A DNA stretch of 64,000 nt from a virus (IMGVR_UViG_3300033696_000004:36031-100030); one strand, 5' to 3'. Positions 1 to 8,440 are shown, numbered from the stretch's first letter. Made by a program: numbers and translations. Notes: generated by a model not told the origin, from the letters alone.

Positions 1-260
1 TGTTTACTTTATCAGAAAGTGTGTTACTATAAACACATAGAGACACTTTCTTTAAGCCCTCGTCCTCTTCCTCCTTCTTGGATGTTGGCTTAAAGAAAAG
101 GTTTCCTCCTTTTTGGTTAGTTGATGGTTAGAAATAAGGTTAACTTACAGCAACTACTTCTTACGCTATGATGAACTTCAGTCGCAGACTGAATGTTATC
201 CCAAAGAAAATGTTAACCTGTTCTTTTCTCAGCATTTATTATTCAATATGAGATTTTATT

Positions 261-503
261 ATGAAAAAATGTTTATTTGCAGTACTAGCTATGGTTCTTT
301 CTACTAACGCATTCGCTACTGGCGGTGGTACGGGTGGTGTTCCAACTGTTTCTGCTGAACAACTTGAGTCAACTTGGAATGGCAAACCAGGTGCGCAGAA
401 AACTTCTGCTTTCGGTGTTCTTATTCATTGGACTGCTGATTCATGTGGTGAATTGAATGGTACTCAGTTTGACGCTAATAAGTGTGAAACTAAAGGAAAC
501 TAA
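261..503 (+). CDS. small secreted protein of unknown function
   Basis: 80 aa ORF. N-terminal MKKCLFAVLAMVLSTNAFA looks like a Sec signal peptide with an AFA-type cleavage site. Sits upstream of the tRNA island. Confidence 0.45.
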   Translation: MKKCLFAVLAMVLSTNAFATGGGTGGVPTVSAEQLESTWNGKPGAQKTSAFGVLIHWTADSCGELNGTQFDANKCETKGN

Positions 504-555
504 ATAGAATTGATAGCGTTGATTTCGGTCAACGCTATAACAAAGTTGTTATCGG

Positions 556-631
556 GGATCTTTAGCTCAGTGGTTAGAGCGTTCGCCTGTTAAGTGAAGG
601 GTCATAGGTTCAAATCCTATAAGATCCGCCA
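556..631 (+). tRNA. tRNA-Asn (GUU)
   Basis: Hand-folded cloverleaf: acceptor ggatctt/aagatcc, D arm gctc..gagc, anticodon stem ttcgc/gtgaa with loop ctGTTaa, T arm atagg-ttcaaat-cctat, CCA encoded. Confidence 0.7.
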
Positions 632-713
632 ATAACAATTTACAAATGATGATTAAAATGGTAGATACCATGCCTTCGGGTTCAGTATTCGTATTCCAAA
701 TGAGGAATATAGA

Positions 714-1175
714 ATGCGACAAAAGCATTTAACGGATGAACAAATCATCGAAGGGTTTAACTCAATGAGTAAACCAAAGTTCAAATCGAGATTAGCTGTT
801 TACTTGGGTATTTCGATAAATACTGTAGTAAGGAGATGCAAGACTCTTGATTTGAAGTTTGATAAAAATGATAACATTGCCAACTTAGTAGCACATAGAC
901 AGAAAGTTCAAATCCCTCTATCTGAGATACTAGAAGGTAAGCATCCAAGTTATCAAACGCTTAAACTGAAGAAAAGATTAATTTCCAGCAACATTTTAGT
1001 TTACGAATGTTCTGAGTGTGGTATAATCGATTGGAATGGAAATCCCATTGCATTGCAATTAGATCATATAGATGGAAATCCACATAATCATGTATTATCC
1101 AATTTGAGACTAATTTGTCCAAATTGCCATAGTCAGACTGATACGTATTGTGGAAGAAACAAACAATCTGGGTAG
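714..1175 (+). CDS. HNH homing endonuclease
   Basis: 153 aa. C-terminal HNH/Zn motif CSECG...LQLDHIDGNPHNHVLSNLRLICPNCH. Inserted between tRNA genes, and its stop codon overlaps the tRNA-Tyr 5' end. Confidence 0.8.
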   Translation: MRQKHLTDEQIIEGFNSMSKPKFKSRLAVYLGISINTVVRRCKTLDLKFDKNDNIANLVAHRQKVQIPLSEILEGKHPSYQTLKLKKRLISSNILVYECSECGIIDWNGNPIALQLDHIDGNPHNHVLSNLRLICPNCHSQTDTYCGRNKQSG

Positions 1176-1255
1176 TTGGGTGAGTGGTTAAAACCAACGG
1201 GCTGTAAACCCGTCGCCTTTGCGCTTCGCTAGTTCGAATCTAGCACTGCCCACCA
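1170..1255 (+). tRNA. tRNA-Tyr (GUA), type II with long variable arm
   Basis: Acceptor gggtagt/actgccc, 3-bp D stem, anticodon stem acggg/cccgt with loop ctGTAaa, 14-nt variable arm, T arm gctag-ttcgaat-ctagc, CCA encoded. Confidence 0.7.
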
Positions 1256-1360
1256 ATTTAGAGATTTAGCGGATTGTCACGTAAAGGTGTTTGGCTACTT
1301 CTCTTTGAATTATGGTTGCCTGACGGCTATAAAAAGATGACTTCGAAGTCTGTCCACAAT

Positions 1361-1435
1361 TTTCCCATAGATTAATGGTTAGATCACCTCCCTTTCAAGG
1401 AGGCGGTACGGGTTCGAATCCCGTTGGGAAAACCA
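1361..1435 (+). tRNA. tRNA-Glu (UUC)
   Basis: Acceptor tttccca/tgggaaa, anticodon stem cctcc/ggagg with loop ctTTCaa, T arm acggg-ttcgaat-cccgt, CCA encoded. Confidence 0.65.
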
Positions 1436-1493
1436 ATTTAATGTGAGAATTATATTATGAATTATTATCCATCAACCTCTATAAAGAGATTTT

Positions 1494-1997
1494 ATGATAG
1501 AAGAATTCAAAATAGCAACGAAAACAAATTCACGTGGTGAAACCCAAGAGTTTTTGGTCAATTGTGATGGTTCGATAGTTAAGAATCCATCGACTGGTAA
1601 AGTATTGACTCCAGATCCAAAAGGGAAGTATTACAAGTATCGTATAAAATCAATACGTGCTTTGCTCCATTTCTTGGTATATAATGCATTCGTAGATCCA
1701 TCTTATGACGGTAGTGATACAAATTTGAAAATTGATCATGACGATGGTGATGAATATAATAACCATTATTCGAATCTTAACGTTATTTCACACTCAAATA
1801 ATGTGAAAAAATGCAAGCGTAATCCACCAATATCCGAAAATGAACTTCGTGAAATTGCTATTGACCGTTACGTCAACAATTTATCCATAATGAAGATTAG
1901 TCGGAAGTATAATCGGTCGGATTCTACTATACAGAATCTGTTTAGTGGTCGTCGCAATAAAAAGTTTCAAGAAATAAAATTGGAATTTATCAAATAA
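1494..1997 (+). CDS. HNH-type (HNH_3-like) homing endonuclease
   Basis: 167 aa. Motif LKIDHDDGDEYNNHYSNLNVISHSNN is typical of phage HNH_3 endonucleases. Second endonuclease ORF embedded in the tRNA island. Confidence 0.65.
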   Translation: MIEEFKIATKTNSRGETQEFLVNCDGSIVKNPSTGKVLTPDPKGKYYKYRIKSIRALLHFLVYNAFVDPSYDGSDTNLKIDHDDGDEYNNHYSNLNVISHSNNVKKCKRNPPISENELREIAIDRYVNNLSIMKISRKYNRSDSTIQNLFSGRRNKKFQEIKLEFIK

Positions 1998-2172
1998 TTG
2001 TTTACTTTCTTCTAAAAGAGAGTATACTAAAAGAATACCAAATAGGTTCAGTTCAGCAATCATAAACAAAATCATCTGTGAAATGAATAGTGTAGGTTCG
2101 AATCCTGCTGCGCTTGGTATAGCGTATGGTGTAACTGGCAGCACATAGTTATGAACCTGACAAATTAACAAT

Positions 2173-2249
2173 ACATGCGTAGCTCAGTTGGTTAGAGCAG
2201 GTCACTTTTAATGATCTGGTCGGTGGTTCGAGTCCACCTGCATGTACCA
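2173..2249 (+). tRNA. tRNA-Lys (UUU)
   Basis: Acceptor acatgcg/tgcatgt, D arm gctc..gagc, anticodon stem ggtca/tgatc with loop ctTTTaa, T arm ggtgg-ttcgagt-ccacc, CCA encoded. Confidence 0.7.
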
Positions 2250-2477
2250 ATTTCTTAATTAATAAGCATTCGGTGTTTATTAATTAAGGTGTTGGAACTT
2301 ACTTCATCATGATAAGATCTTTGGACTATAACCGTTATTGGTTATAGTTTTCAAAAGAATTTTGATAGATAAAGGTAACCTAAGTTCCATTAAGAATGTG
2401 TCTAAAATGAGAAAGCAGTACGTTAAAGATCCTCGTGGTGGTGATCCGCTTAACTCGACAGACCTTAAACAATTTCT

Positions 2478-2552
2478 GGGGTATTAGTATAATGGTTATT
2501 ATAAGGCGTTGTCTGCGCCATGATAAGGGTTCGATTCCCTTATACCTCGCCA
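2478..2552 (+). tRNA. tRNA-Asp (GUC), tentative
   Basis: Acceptor ggggtat/atacctc, T arm aaggg-ttcgatt-ccctt, CCA encoded, anticodon loop ttGTCtg. D stem and anticodon stem are imperfect. Confidence 0.5.
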
Positions 2553-2560
2553 AATTCTAT

Positions 2561-2692
2561 GGGTGTAGCTTATTATCAAGTGCGTTCAATCTAGAAACGA
2601 ATGCATAAAGGTATAGATAGGTCAAGCACTTTAATGTTAGTCTTGCAAGTAATAGCATTAATTCGTGGGTTCGATTCCCACTACATCTACTC
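2561..2692 (+). ncRNA. ~130-nt tRNA-like element (degenerate or expanded tRNA, or stable small RNA)
   Basis: gggtgta at the 5' end pairs (with 2 G-U) to tacatct directly after a good T arm gtggg-ttcgatt-cccac. The interior is ~55 nt too long for a tRNA and has no canonical D arm. Confidence 0.3.
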
Positions 2693-2812
2693 AACTTTTC
2701 CAATTAGTGATCTTATGAGAGTATTAACTAGAAAGGCTGACATTCAGCAAAACCTACTAATTATTTGAATCTTAATCAAACCATAGAGTAAGTTCAGCCT
2801 GAACAATTTAAT

Positions 2813-2889
<77 letters not shown>

Positions 2890-2895
2890 ATTTAT

Positions 2896-2971
2896 AGTTT
2901 CATAACTCAGTTGGGAGAGTGCTTCCCTTACAAGGAAGAAGTCGCTGGTTCGAGTCCAGTTGGAACTACCA
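2896..2971 (+). tRNA. tRNA-Val (UAC)
   Basis: Acceptor agtttca/tggaact, D arm actc..gagt, anticodon stem cttcc/ggaag with loop ctTACaa, T arm gctgg-ttcgagt-ccagt, CCA encoded. Confidence 0.7.
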
Positions 2972-3079
2972 AACAATGTGGTAAAATCGTGATGAACTGA
3001 CTATAGCAAACCTAGGAACTGCTGTAGGTGAAACATCATAAAGGGGAGTTGTAAAGATACTCACCACCACACCAAACAA

Positions 3080-3178
3080 TGAAGTAGCGTGGATGCTATG
3101 GGTTCGATTCCCTACAATCTCTGGATGGGTGAGTAGCTATAGATGCTACAATAGAAAGTGGTTCGACTCCACTTGACT
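3080..3178 (+). ncRNA. tRNA-like degenerate element containing two T-loop-like motifs
   Basis: gaagtag at 3080 partially pairs with tgacttc after T arm agtgg-ttcgact-ccact. An internal second ggg-ttcgatt-ccc motif is present. Preceded by the repeated leader ccaaacaatgaag. Confidence 0.25.
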
Positions 3179-3190
3179 TCGACAAACAAT

Positions 3191-3321
3191 GAAGATGCTT
3201 ACATTCGTGTAAGGAAATGCAGAGAAATCGGTAGGAAATAATTGGTAGCCTCTCACATAATGCGAATTAGCGCAGGACTGTTATGCTACTATCCGAAGTG
3301 AGTTCAAGTCTCACCATCTTC
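3191..3321 (+). ncRNA. ~131-nt tRNA-like element (perfect 7-bp acceptor plus T arm, expanded interior)
   Basis: gaagatg (3191-3197) is perfectly complementary to catcttc, which directly follows T arm gtgag-ttcaagt-ctcac. The interior is ~55 nt longer than a tRNA. Preceded by ccaaacaatgaag like element 3080. Confidence 0.3.
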
Positions 3322-3333
3322 ACCTTTTACAAT

Positions 3334-3418
3334 GCATTCGTGGTGGAATAGGCAGACACGCTAGGTTTAGGTCCTAGTGGAGAAATCCGTGAGAGTTCAA
3401 GTCTCTCCGAATGTACCA
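3334..3418 (+). tRNA. tRNA-Leu (UAG), type II
   Basis: Acceptor gcattcg/cgaatgt, 3-bp D stem gtg/cac, anticodon stem ctagg/cctag with loop ttTAGgt, 13-nt variable arm, T arm gagag-ttcaagt-ctctc, CCA encoded. Confidence 0.7.
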
Positions 3419-3525
3419 AATACGTATAGCGATTGTCTTCGCTTGACTTGCACGTATACGCCAAACGTATTCTAAACACTCAGACAACAAGCCCCAAATG
3501 CTTGTGTAATGCGGTCATCAATTTA

Positions 3526-3556
3526 AAAAGGAATCCTTCGGGGTTCCTTTTTTCGT
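3526..3556 (+). terminator. rho-independent terminator
   Basis: GC hairpin aggaatccttcggggttcct followed by a T run. Confidence 0.6.
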
Positions 3557-3623
3557 TTAAAGATGTTTCGAATTACAAAAACTATGCTATAATCAACACA
3601 ATTACTAACTAAAAGGAAAAATC

Positions 3624-4688
3624 ATGTTTTGGGATTCAATGCTATACATAATGAAAGTAACTGATGACTGTCCAATGCGTTGTGAGTATTGTACGGTTAA
3701 AGAAGAGTTCAAAGATAAAGAGATGGAAATCTCTACTATCGAAAATCTATTACGTAAGTCTAAGGGTATAGGCGAAATCCAGCTGACATTCTTGGGTGGT
3801 GAACCACTTATGTTGGGTGCTGAATGGTATCGTGAAGTATTTGCCCTAGCTGATCGTTACAGTCGTGAGATGAAATACAAAGTAACATACGAAATGTTCA
3901 CTAATGGTACATTCCTTAATGACGAACTTATGGACTTATTCGAAGAACATAAAGTTAAAATCTGGATGTCTTACGACGGTAAGGGTATCGGTGCTAAAGG
4001 TGGTAAACGCTCTCAGAAAATCCTACAGAAATACGGCTCTCGTTTGGGTGGAGTTAACGTTGTAGTACAAGACAAACATACCAGTTTGATTGATGTTTAC
4101 GAAGAATTACAAGGTTATGGTGTGCGTTACATGATGCATTATCTAAACCAGTACGATACTACTAATGTGGACTACTTCACAGATTTGATTCTAGAACTAT
4201 GCGATCATGTAGACAAGATTAAACGTCCTACCACTCGGTTTATGATGTATGACGACATGAAACGCCTTGCTAAATGGGACACAAATAAAACGCATTCATC
4301 TGCTACTGGTCGTGTTTATATTAATAACGACTTTGTGGTTCATACAGATGGTACTCTAAAAGGTGGTGTAGCTGCTTCTGACAATCCAGAATTTATTTAC
4401 GGTAACATCAACGAGATCAACCACATCATCGATGCTGTGTTCTCAGAGAATAACCAGAAACATAACCGTGATTACATAAAGAGTTTGGATCTTATCGGTG
4501 AGCATCAAGAAATCAATATGCTCACTCGTGGTGGTGGTTTCATCTGGAATAAACCAGACCAAGGAATACCGTTAGATAAGCCTAACATCCCTTACATTAA
4601 ACATTTCAAACGTGTCTTGGATCATGTTCGCTCAAAGAACACTGAACGTCCAGATGGTGTTAAACCAATGCAAACTCGCTGTTACTAG
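3624..4688 (+). CDS. radical SAM enzyme (function unknown)
   Basis: 354 aa. CPMRCEYC = CX3CX2C radical-SAM cluster motif near the N-terminus, and FLGGEPLM glycine-rich SAM motif. RBS aaaggaaaaatcATG. Early promoter upstream. Confidence 0.75.
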   Translation: MFWDSMLYIMKVTDDCPMRCEYCTVKEEFKDKEMEISTIENLLRKSKGIGEIQLTFLGGEPLMLGAEWYREVFALADRYSREMKYKVTYEMFTNGTFLNDELMDLFEEHKVKIWMSYDGKGIGAKGGKRSQKILQKYGSRLGGVNVVVQDKHTSLIDVYEELQGYGVRYMMHYLNQYDTTNVDYFTDLILELCDHVDKIKRPTTRFMMYDDMKRLAKWDTNKTHSSATGRVYINNDFVVHTDGTLKGGVAASDNPEFIYGNINEINHIIDAVFSENNQKHNRDYIKSLDLIGEHQEINMLTRGGGFIWNKPDQGIPLDKPNIPYIKHFKRVLDHVRSKNTERPDGVKPMQTRCY

Positions 4689-4695
4689 AGGTTTT

Positions 4696-5682
4696 ATGAA
4701 AAAAGTAGATTTAATTGTTGACATGCAATATGGGTCAACTGGAAAAGGTCTGATTGCTGGATACCTAGCAGAAAGGCATGGTTACGATACAGTAATTAAT
4801 GCTAACATGCCAAATGCTGGTCATACTTACATTAACAAAGCTGGTCGTAAGTGGATTCATAAGGTATTACCTAATGGTATCGTATCACCTAACCTTAAAC
4901 GTGTTATGATTGGTGCTGGTGCTGTATTCAGTCCAATGCAACTGCGTAAAGAAATTGAAAACAGCAAAGACCTCCTAGAAGGTGTTCGTATTATGATTCA
5001 CCCTAATGCGGTTCCTCTTACCGACGAACACGTGACTAACGACCAAGACGTGAGTAAGCGCATTGGTGGAACTGGTCAAGGTTCTGGTGGGGCATTACAA
5101 GCTAAGGTTAATCGTACTGCATTAGTTGCTAAAGACTATCAAATGTGGTTTAATAATTACGTGGTTACACACGATGAATGGAACCAAGCACTGATTGATT
5201 CGGACAAGATTTTAGCAGAAGGTGCTCAAGGATTCTCGCTTGGTGTTTCTGAGCGTTTCTATCCTTATTGTACGTCACGTGATTGCACTCCTGCTCGTTT
5301 CTTAGCAGACATGAGTATTCCAGTCCAGATGTTAAATGATGTGATTGGTGTAGTGCGTACGTATCCTATTCGCACTGGTGGTAATTCAGGTGGATTCTAC
5401 TCTGACCAAGTTGAAACTAGTTGGGATGAACTCAACCTAGACCCAGAATTCACTACAGTAACCAAGAAAGAACGTCGTGTGTTTACTTTTTCAAAGAAAC
5501 AAATAGAAGATGCTGTTTTTGGTATCAGACCAACTAAAATCTTCTTAAACTTCTGTAACTACAATACGGATGAAGAAGTAGGCGAACTTGTTAGTTTTAT
5601 CAACTCAGTTGCAGGAAACTACGGTGGTCGTGTTCGTTACTTAGGTCACGGTGCAACTTCACGCCATATAGAGACACTTTAA
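4696..5682 (+). CDS. adenylosuccinate synthetase homolog (short PurA/PurZ-like)
   Basis: ~328 aa from the ATG at 4696 (RBS gaggttttATG). Aligns by eye to the PurA P-loop (QYGSTGKG vs QWGDEGKGK), NAGHT, IGGTGQGSGG (vs TTGRGIGP) and AEGAQG (vs EGAQG). It is ~100 aa shorter than cellular PurA, and the catalytic Asp-Glu of the P-loop is replaced by Ser-Thr. Confidence 0.75.
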   Translation: MKKVDLIVDMQYGSTGKGLIAGYLAERHGYDTVINANMPNAGHTYINKAGRKWIHKVLPNGIVSPNLKRVMIGAGAVFSPMQLRKEIENSKDLLEGVRIMIHPNAVPLTDEHVTNDQDVSKRIGGTGQGSGGALQAKVNRTALVAKDYQMWFNNYVVTHDEWNQALIDSDKILAEGAQGFSLGVSERFYPYCTSRDCTPARFLADMSIPVQMLNDVIGVVRTYPIRTGGNSGGFYSDQVETSWDELNLDPEFTTVTKKERRVFTFSKKQIEDAVFGIRPTKIFLNFCNYNTDEEVGELVSFINSVAGNYGGRVRYLGHGATSRHIETL

Positions 5683-5685
5683 ATA

Positions 5686-5712
5686 AAAAGGAGCCTATGG
5701 CTCCTTTTTTAT
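5686..5712 (+). terminator. rho-independent terminator
   Basis: aaaaaggagcctatggctcctttttt hairpin plus T run after the purA-like gene. Confidence 0.6.
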
Positions 5713-5724
5713 TAGGAGAAATTC

Positions 5725-6321
5725 ATGCTAGTATTTTTACCAACAGCATCAAAAGAAATGCAAGATAAAGCGTTTGAGTACGCAAATAAAATAATGTCAG
5801 ATCCAAAGCAATTAGAAGCATTCCCTGCTACTGCTCCATGTCATGCGTTGTTGGGTAATCCAGATGGAAGACCATCTACATACACAGAACTAAGAGAAAT
5901 GCAAGTACAAGAAGAAGTAGATAGTTTTTATGCTACATACGATTTCGCTAGTGTTGATTCTAATGGTAATGTCGTTGGATTGATGGGATATAATACATCA
6001 AATACCGATGGGGTTGTGCGTGGTCACGGACCTTGGTTTGAACGTTTAGAAACAACTGGATTTACATTCAAACGAGACATTCCAGCCATTTACAAAGAAA
6101 CATTAAACAATACTCATGAGACAATGGTTTCTATATTCCAAGGTGAGTACAATAAGAAGTACCTAACACAGACATATAGAGATAACGATAAACTGAATGG
6201 ATTTGACCGTAACGTAACTAATGGTTATGTGTTGAAATCGTCACCAGTTAATCGTGTATGCAAAACCATGATGGGTACACATGTTCTTACTCGTTCGGTT
6301 ATACTGAAAGGTAATTTATAA
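5725..6321 (+). CDS. hypothetical protein
   Basis: 198 aa, RBS aggagaaattcATG. Co-directional and tightly packed with the rSAM/PurA-like genes. No motif recognised. Confidence 0.5.
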   Translation: MLVFLPTASKEMQDKAFEYANKIMSDPKQLEAFPATAPCHALLGNPDGRPSTYTELREMQVQEEVDSFYATYDFASVDSNGNVVGLMGYNTSNTDGVVRGHGPWFERLETTGFTFKRDIPAIYKETLNNTHETMVSIFQGEYNKKYLTQTYRDNDKLNGFDRNVTNGYVLKSSPVNRVCKTMMGTHVLTRSVILKGNL

Positions 6322-6881
6322 TGATTTATGAAATGAAAAATTTGGTCGCAGTTGACCAAGAGAAAGTTAAAGAATACATGAGAAATTACATTGCAGTAAG
6401 TCCACGTGTTGCTTTAACCGTAATGGATGATCCATCAATGGTTGACTTATCACCATCTAATGAGTTATTCTATGATTATCCTAAGCTTTGTCAAGAAAGA
6501 GAACGCCTTAATAAAGACATTACTCACTTTGACTTAGTTAGTATGCAAGATGGGGAAGTGTTAGGTTTGTTCTATTTTACAATTACTGGTACTGAAGGTG
6601 GATCGTTTACCATATATAGAACAGAACGTGATAAGCCGTTTGCATTTGGAAAGGATGTACAACGTGCGTATGATTATATGCACCAACGTACTACTGATTT
6701 CACTGTTGTAGTGTATCTTGATGGTGATAATCAAATAGAAGCAGATAGAATAAATGGTAGGGGTATAGTACATCACTTAGGTAAAGTTTATACAATTTAC
6801 CGTGAGTACTATACGTTGAAGAAGATGGGGGAACGTATAGCACCTTTGCTTATTTTACAAGTCCAAGGTGCTATGACTTAA
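6321..6881 (+). CDS. hypothetical protein
   Basis: 186 aa. Start overlaps the upstream stop (TAATG). No motif recognised. Confidence 0.5.
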   Translation: MIYEMKNLVAVDQEKVKEYMRNYIAVSPRVALTVMDDPSMVDLSPSNELFYDYPKLCQERERLNKDITHFDLVSMQDGEVLGLFYFTITGTEGGSFTIYRTERDKPFAFGKDVQRAYDYMHQRTTDFTVVVYLDGDNQIEADRINGRGIVHHLGKVYTIYREYYTLKKMGERIAPLLILQVQGAMT

Positions 6882-8393
6882 TTACAATCCGTTTTTGATA
6901 ATGTAGCTATTAACTATTACAAGAAGTTCGGTTCCCATTACCAATTGTCTATGTTCCTCTGACTGGGGAACATGGATTAGCTCGTAGGTTTCACCAGTAT
7001 ACACACGAATCATGTCACCCAGTATCTCGATCTTGCTGTAATTGTCTACATTATTATGGGTTTCTTGCACCTCATATACAGTAGTTTTACTATTGATACG
7101 ACGGCTCCATACTTCGAGTTCTAATGTATCTTTAGATACATGATTGATTAGTTCTTTTGGTACAATTAAGTGTGCATATTCTTGTAGTTCAGGTGGAACA
7201 CTATACACAACTTCGTGACCCATGCTAGATTTAACTGCTATCGTATAGTCGTTGTATTTGACAACTTCAGCTGCACCATCTTGTCCATCTTGTGTGATGT
7301 TAGATCTGGTTCCACTAATAACACTATCATGTGCTCCAGTTGCACCACCACCACCTCCAGCGTAAGAAGAACCAGCACCAGCAGCACCGTTACCGTTTCC
7401 ACCACCACCGTTTCCACCTCTACCAGCAAGATTTCCATTGTAAGTGCCACCATTGCCACCACCGCCACCACCGCTAAGACTACCGTTTCCACCACCTTGT
7501 CCGTTACCGTTTCCATCGGCTGCACCAGTACCGCCAGCTCCACCAGAACCGTTTCCGCATCCTCCACCGCCACCGCCACCGCCAAGTTTGATTTCACCTT
7601 TCGTTACAGCGTATTGTCTAGCACCACCACCACCACCGCCACCACCACCGCCTTGTATGTTATATGGTGAATTAATAGACCACGAAGTTGAACTACCACG
7701 CTGTAATCCAATACCACCACCACCGCCAGCAGAGCCGTTGGATTGTACATTACCGCCACGTCCACCATTACCGCCACGTCCTTGGATACGACCTCTACAG
7801 TCAAGGAAAACACTTTCGGCTTTTCCGCCCATGTTGTGACCATTGAATGCAGGAGTACCAGTTGATGTACCATACACCCATACACCCGTGTTTATAGTAA
7901 CGTTAACCTTTCCGTAAGCACCAGCACCAGCAGGAGGGTTGACGTTGTTTCTTAATACGTAGTTTGTTGCATTGCTACCAATAGTAATGTATAATTCCCA
8001 TGACTTACCACGTAGGTCATTCATAGAGATAGCACCAGATGGTTTTCCTGCTAATGATCTAACTTGTGCATCATTAAGATTGATCGATTGTGATGCTGGT
8101 CTACGCAATTCTGTATTGACCTGAGACATAGAAATTGTACCAGAAGGAAGTGTTCTGATAGAGACTGAACCTTTAAAGTCTGGATCTGTTTCTTTTTCTG
8201 GTGTAACATTATGTAGTTCCACGTATTCTGTGATTAGTTTGCGACTAATCGAACGTCTTTCCATCGTAGGTTCAATTAAGAAACGATGTCTACCTTTAGG
8301 GTATGTCAATTCGTAATAATAGCAGTTGTGGATTGGATCATAGTAAAGACCTTCGTTCTCCTTCAACCACCTAAGTTTTCTTTGTACTAACAT
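6882..8393 (-). CDS. glycine-rich repeat protein (possible late structural or adhesin-like protein)
   Basis: 503 aa and the only long minus-strand ORF. The central ~200 aa are poly-Gly/GN/GS tracts (GGGGGGGGGGARQY..., GGGGGGGGCGNGSGG...) flanked by ordinary N- and C-terminal domains. Resembles the glycine-rich motifs of T-even gp38-type adhesins. A CATAAATA (near-late-promoter) box lies upstream on the minus strand. Confidence 0.6.
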   Translation of the reverse strand: MLVQRKLRWLKENEGLYYDPIHNCYYYELTYPKGRHRFLIEPTMERRSISRKLITEYVELHNVTPEKETDPDFKGSVSIRTLPSGTISMSQVNTELRRPASQSINLNDAQVRSLAGKPSGAISMNDLRGKSWELYITIGSNATNYVLRNNVNPPAGAGAYGKVNVTINTGVWVYGTSTGTPAFNGHNMGGKAESVFLDCRGRIQGRGGNGGRGGNVQSNGSAGGGGGIGLQRGSSTSWSINSPYNIQGGGGGGGGGGARQYAVTKGEIKLGGGGGGGGCGNGSGGAGGTGAADGNGNGQGGGNGSLSGGGGGGNGGTYNGNLAGRGGNGGGGNGNGAAGAGSSYAGGGGGATGAHDSVISGTRSNITQDGQDGAAEVVKYNDYTIAVKSSMGHEVVYSVPPELQEYAHLIVPKELINHVSKDTLELEVWSRRINSKTTVYEVQETHNNVDNYSKIEILGDMIRVYTGETYELIHVPQSEEHRQLVMGTELLVIVNSYIIKNGL

Positions 8394-8440
8394 GCGATTC
8401 TTCCATTTTTGGTTTGATTATAATTTTATTTATGAAAGTT

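Noticed and set aside
2085-2135. T-arm-like sequence gtagg-ttcgaat-cctgc followed by tgcgctt
   Set aside because: No complementary 5' acceptor strand, D arm or anticodon arm within 100 nt upstream. It is treated as a tRNA remnant rather than a gene.
1881-2171. 96-aa minus-strand ORF spanning the 3' end of the second HNH gene and the following spacer
   Set aside because: It overlaps a well-supported plus-strand gene and tRNA-flanking sequence, and has no RBS. It is an AT-rich chance ORF.
2281-2477. Possible additional tRNA between tRNA-Lys and tRNA-Asp
   Set aside because: Contains hairpins (ggactataaccgttattggttatagtt) but no T-loop motif or acceptor pairing. Probably spacer with a 26-codon chance ORF.
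4612-4695. Upstream start (MSWIMFAQ…) for the PurA-like ORF
   Set aside because: It would overlap the last 77 nt of the radical-SAM gene in another frame. The ATG at 4696 has a GAGG RBS and begins exactly at the PurA-homologous P-loop region.
7215-7885. Four overlapping ORFs (poly-Pro, poly-Thr/Ser/Val-rich) on both strands inside the 6882-8393 gene
   Set aside because: They are alternative-frame readouts of the GGN/GCC repeat DNA that encodes the glycine-rich tract. They are low complexity, have no start context, and are nested within a better gene.
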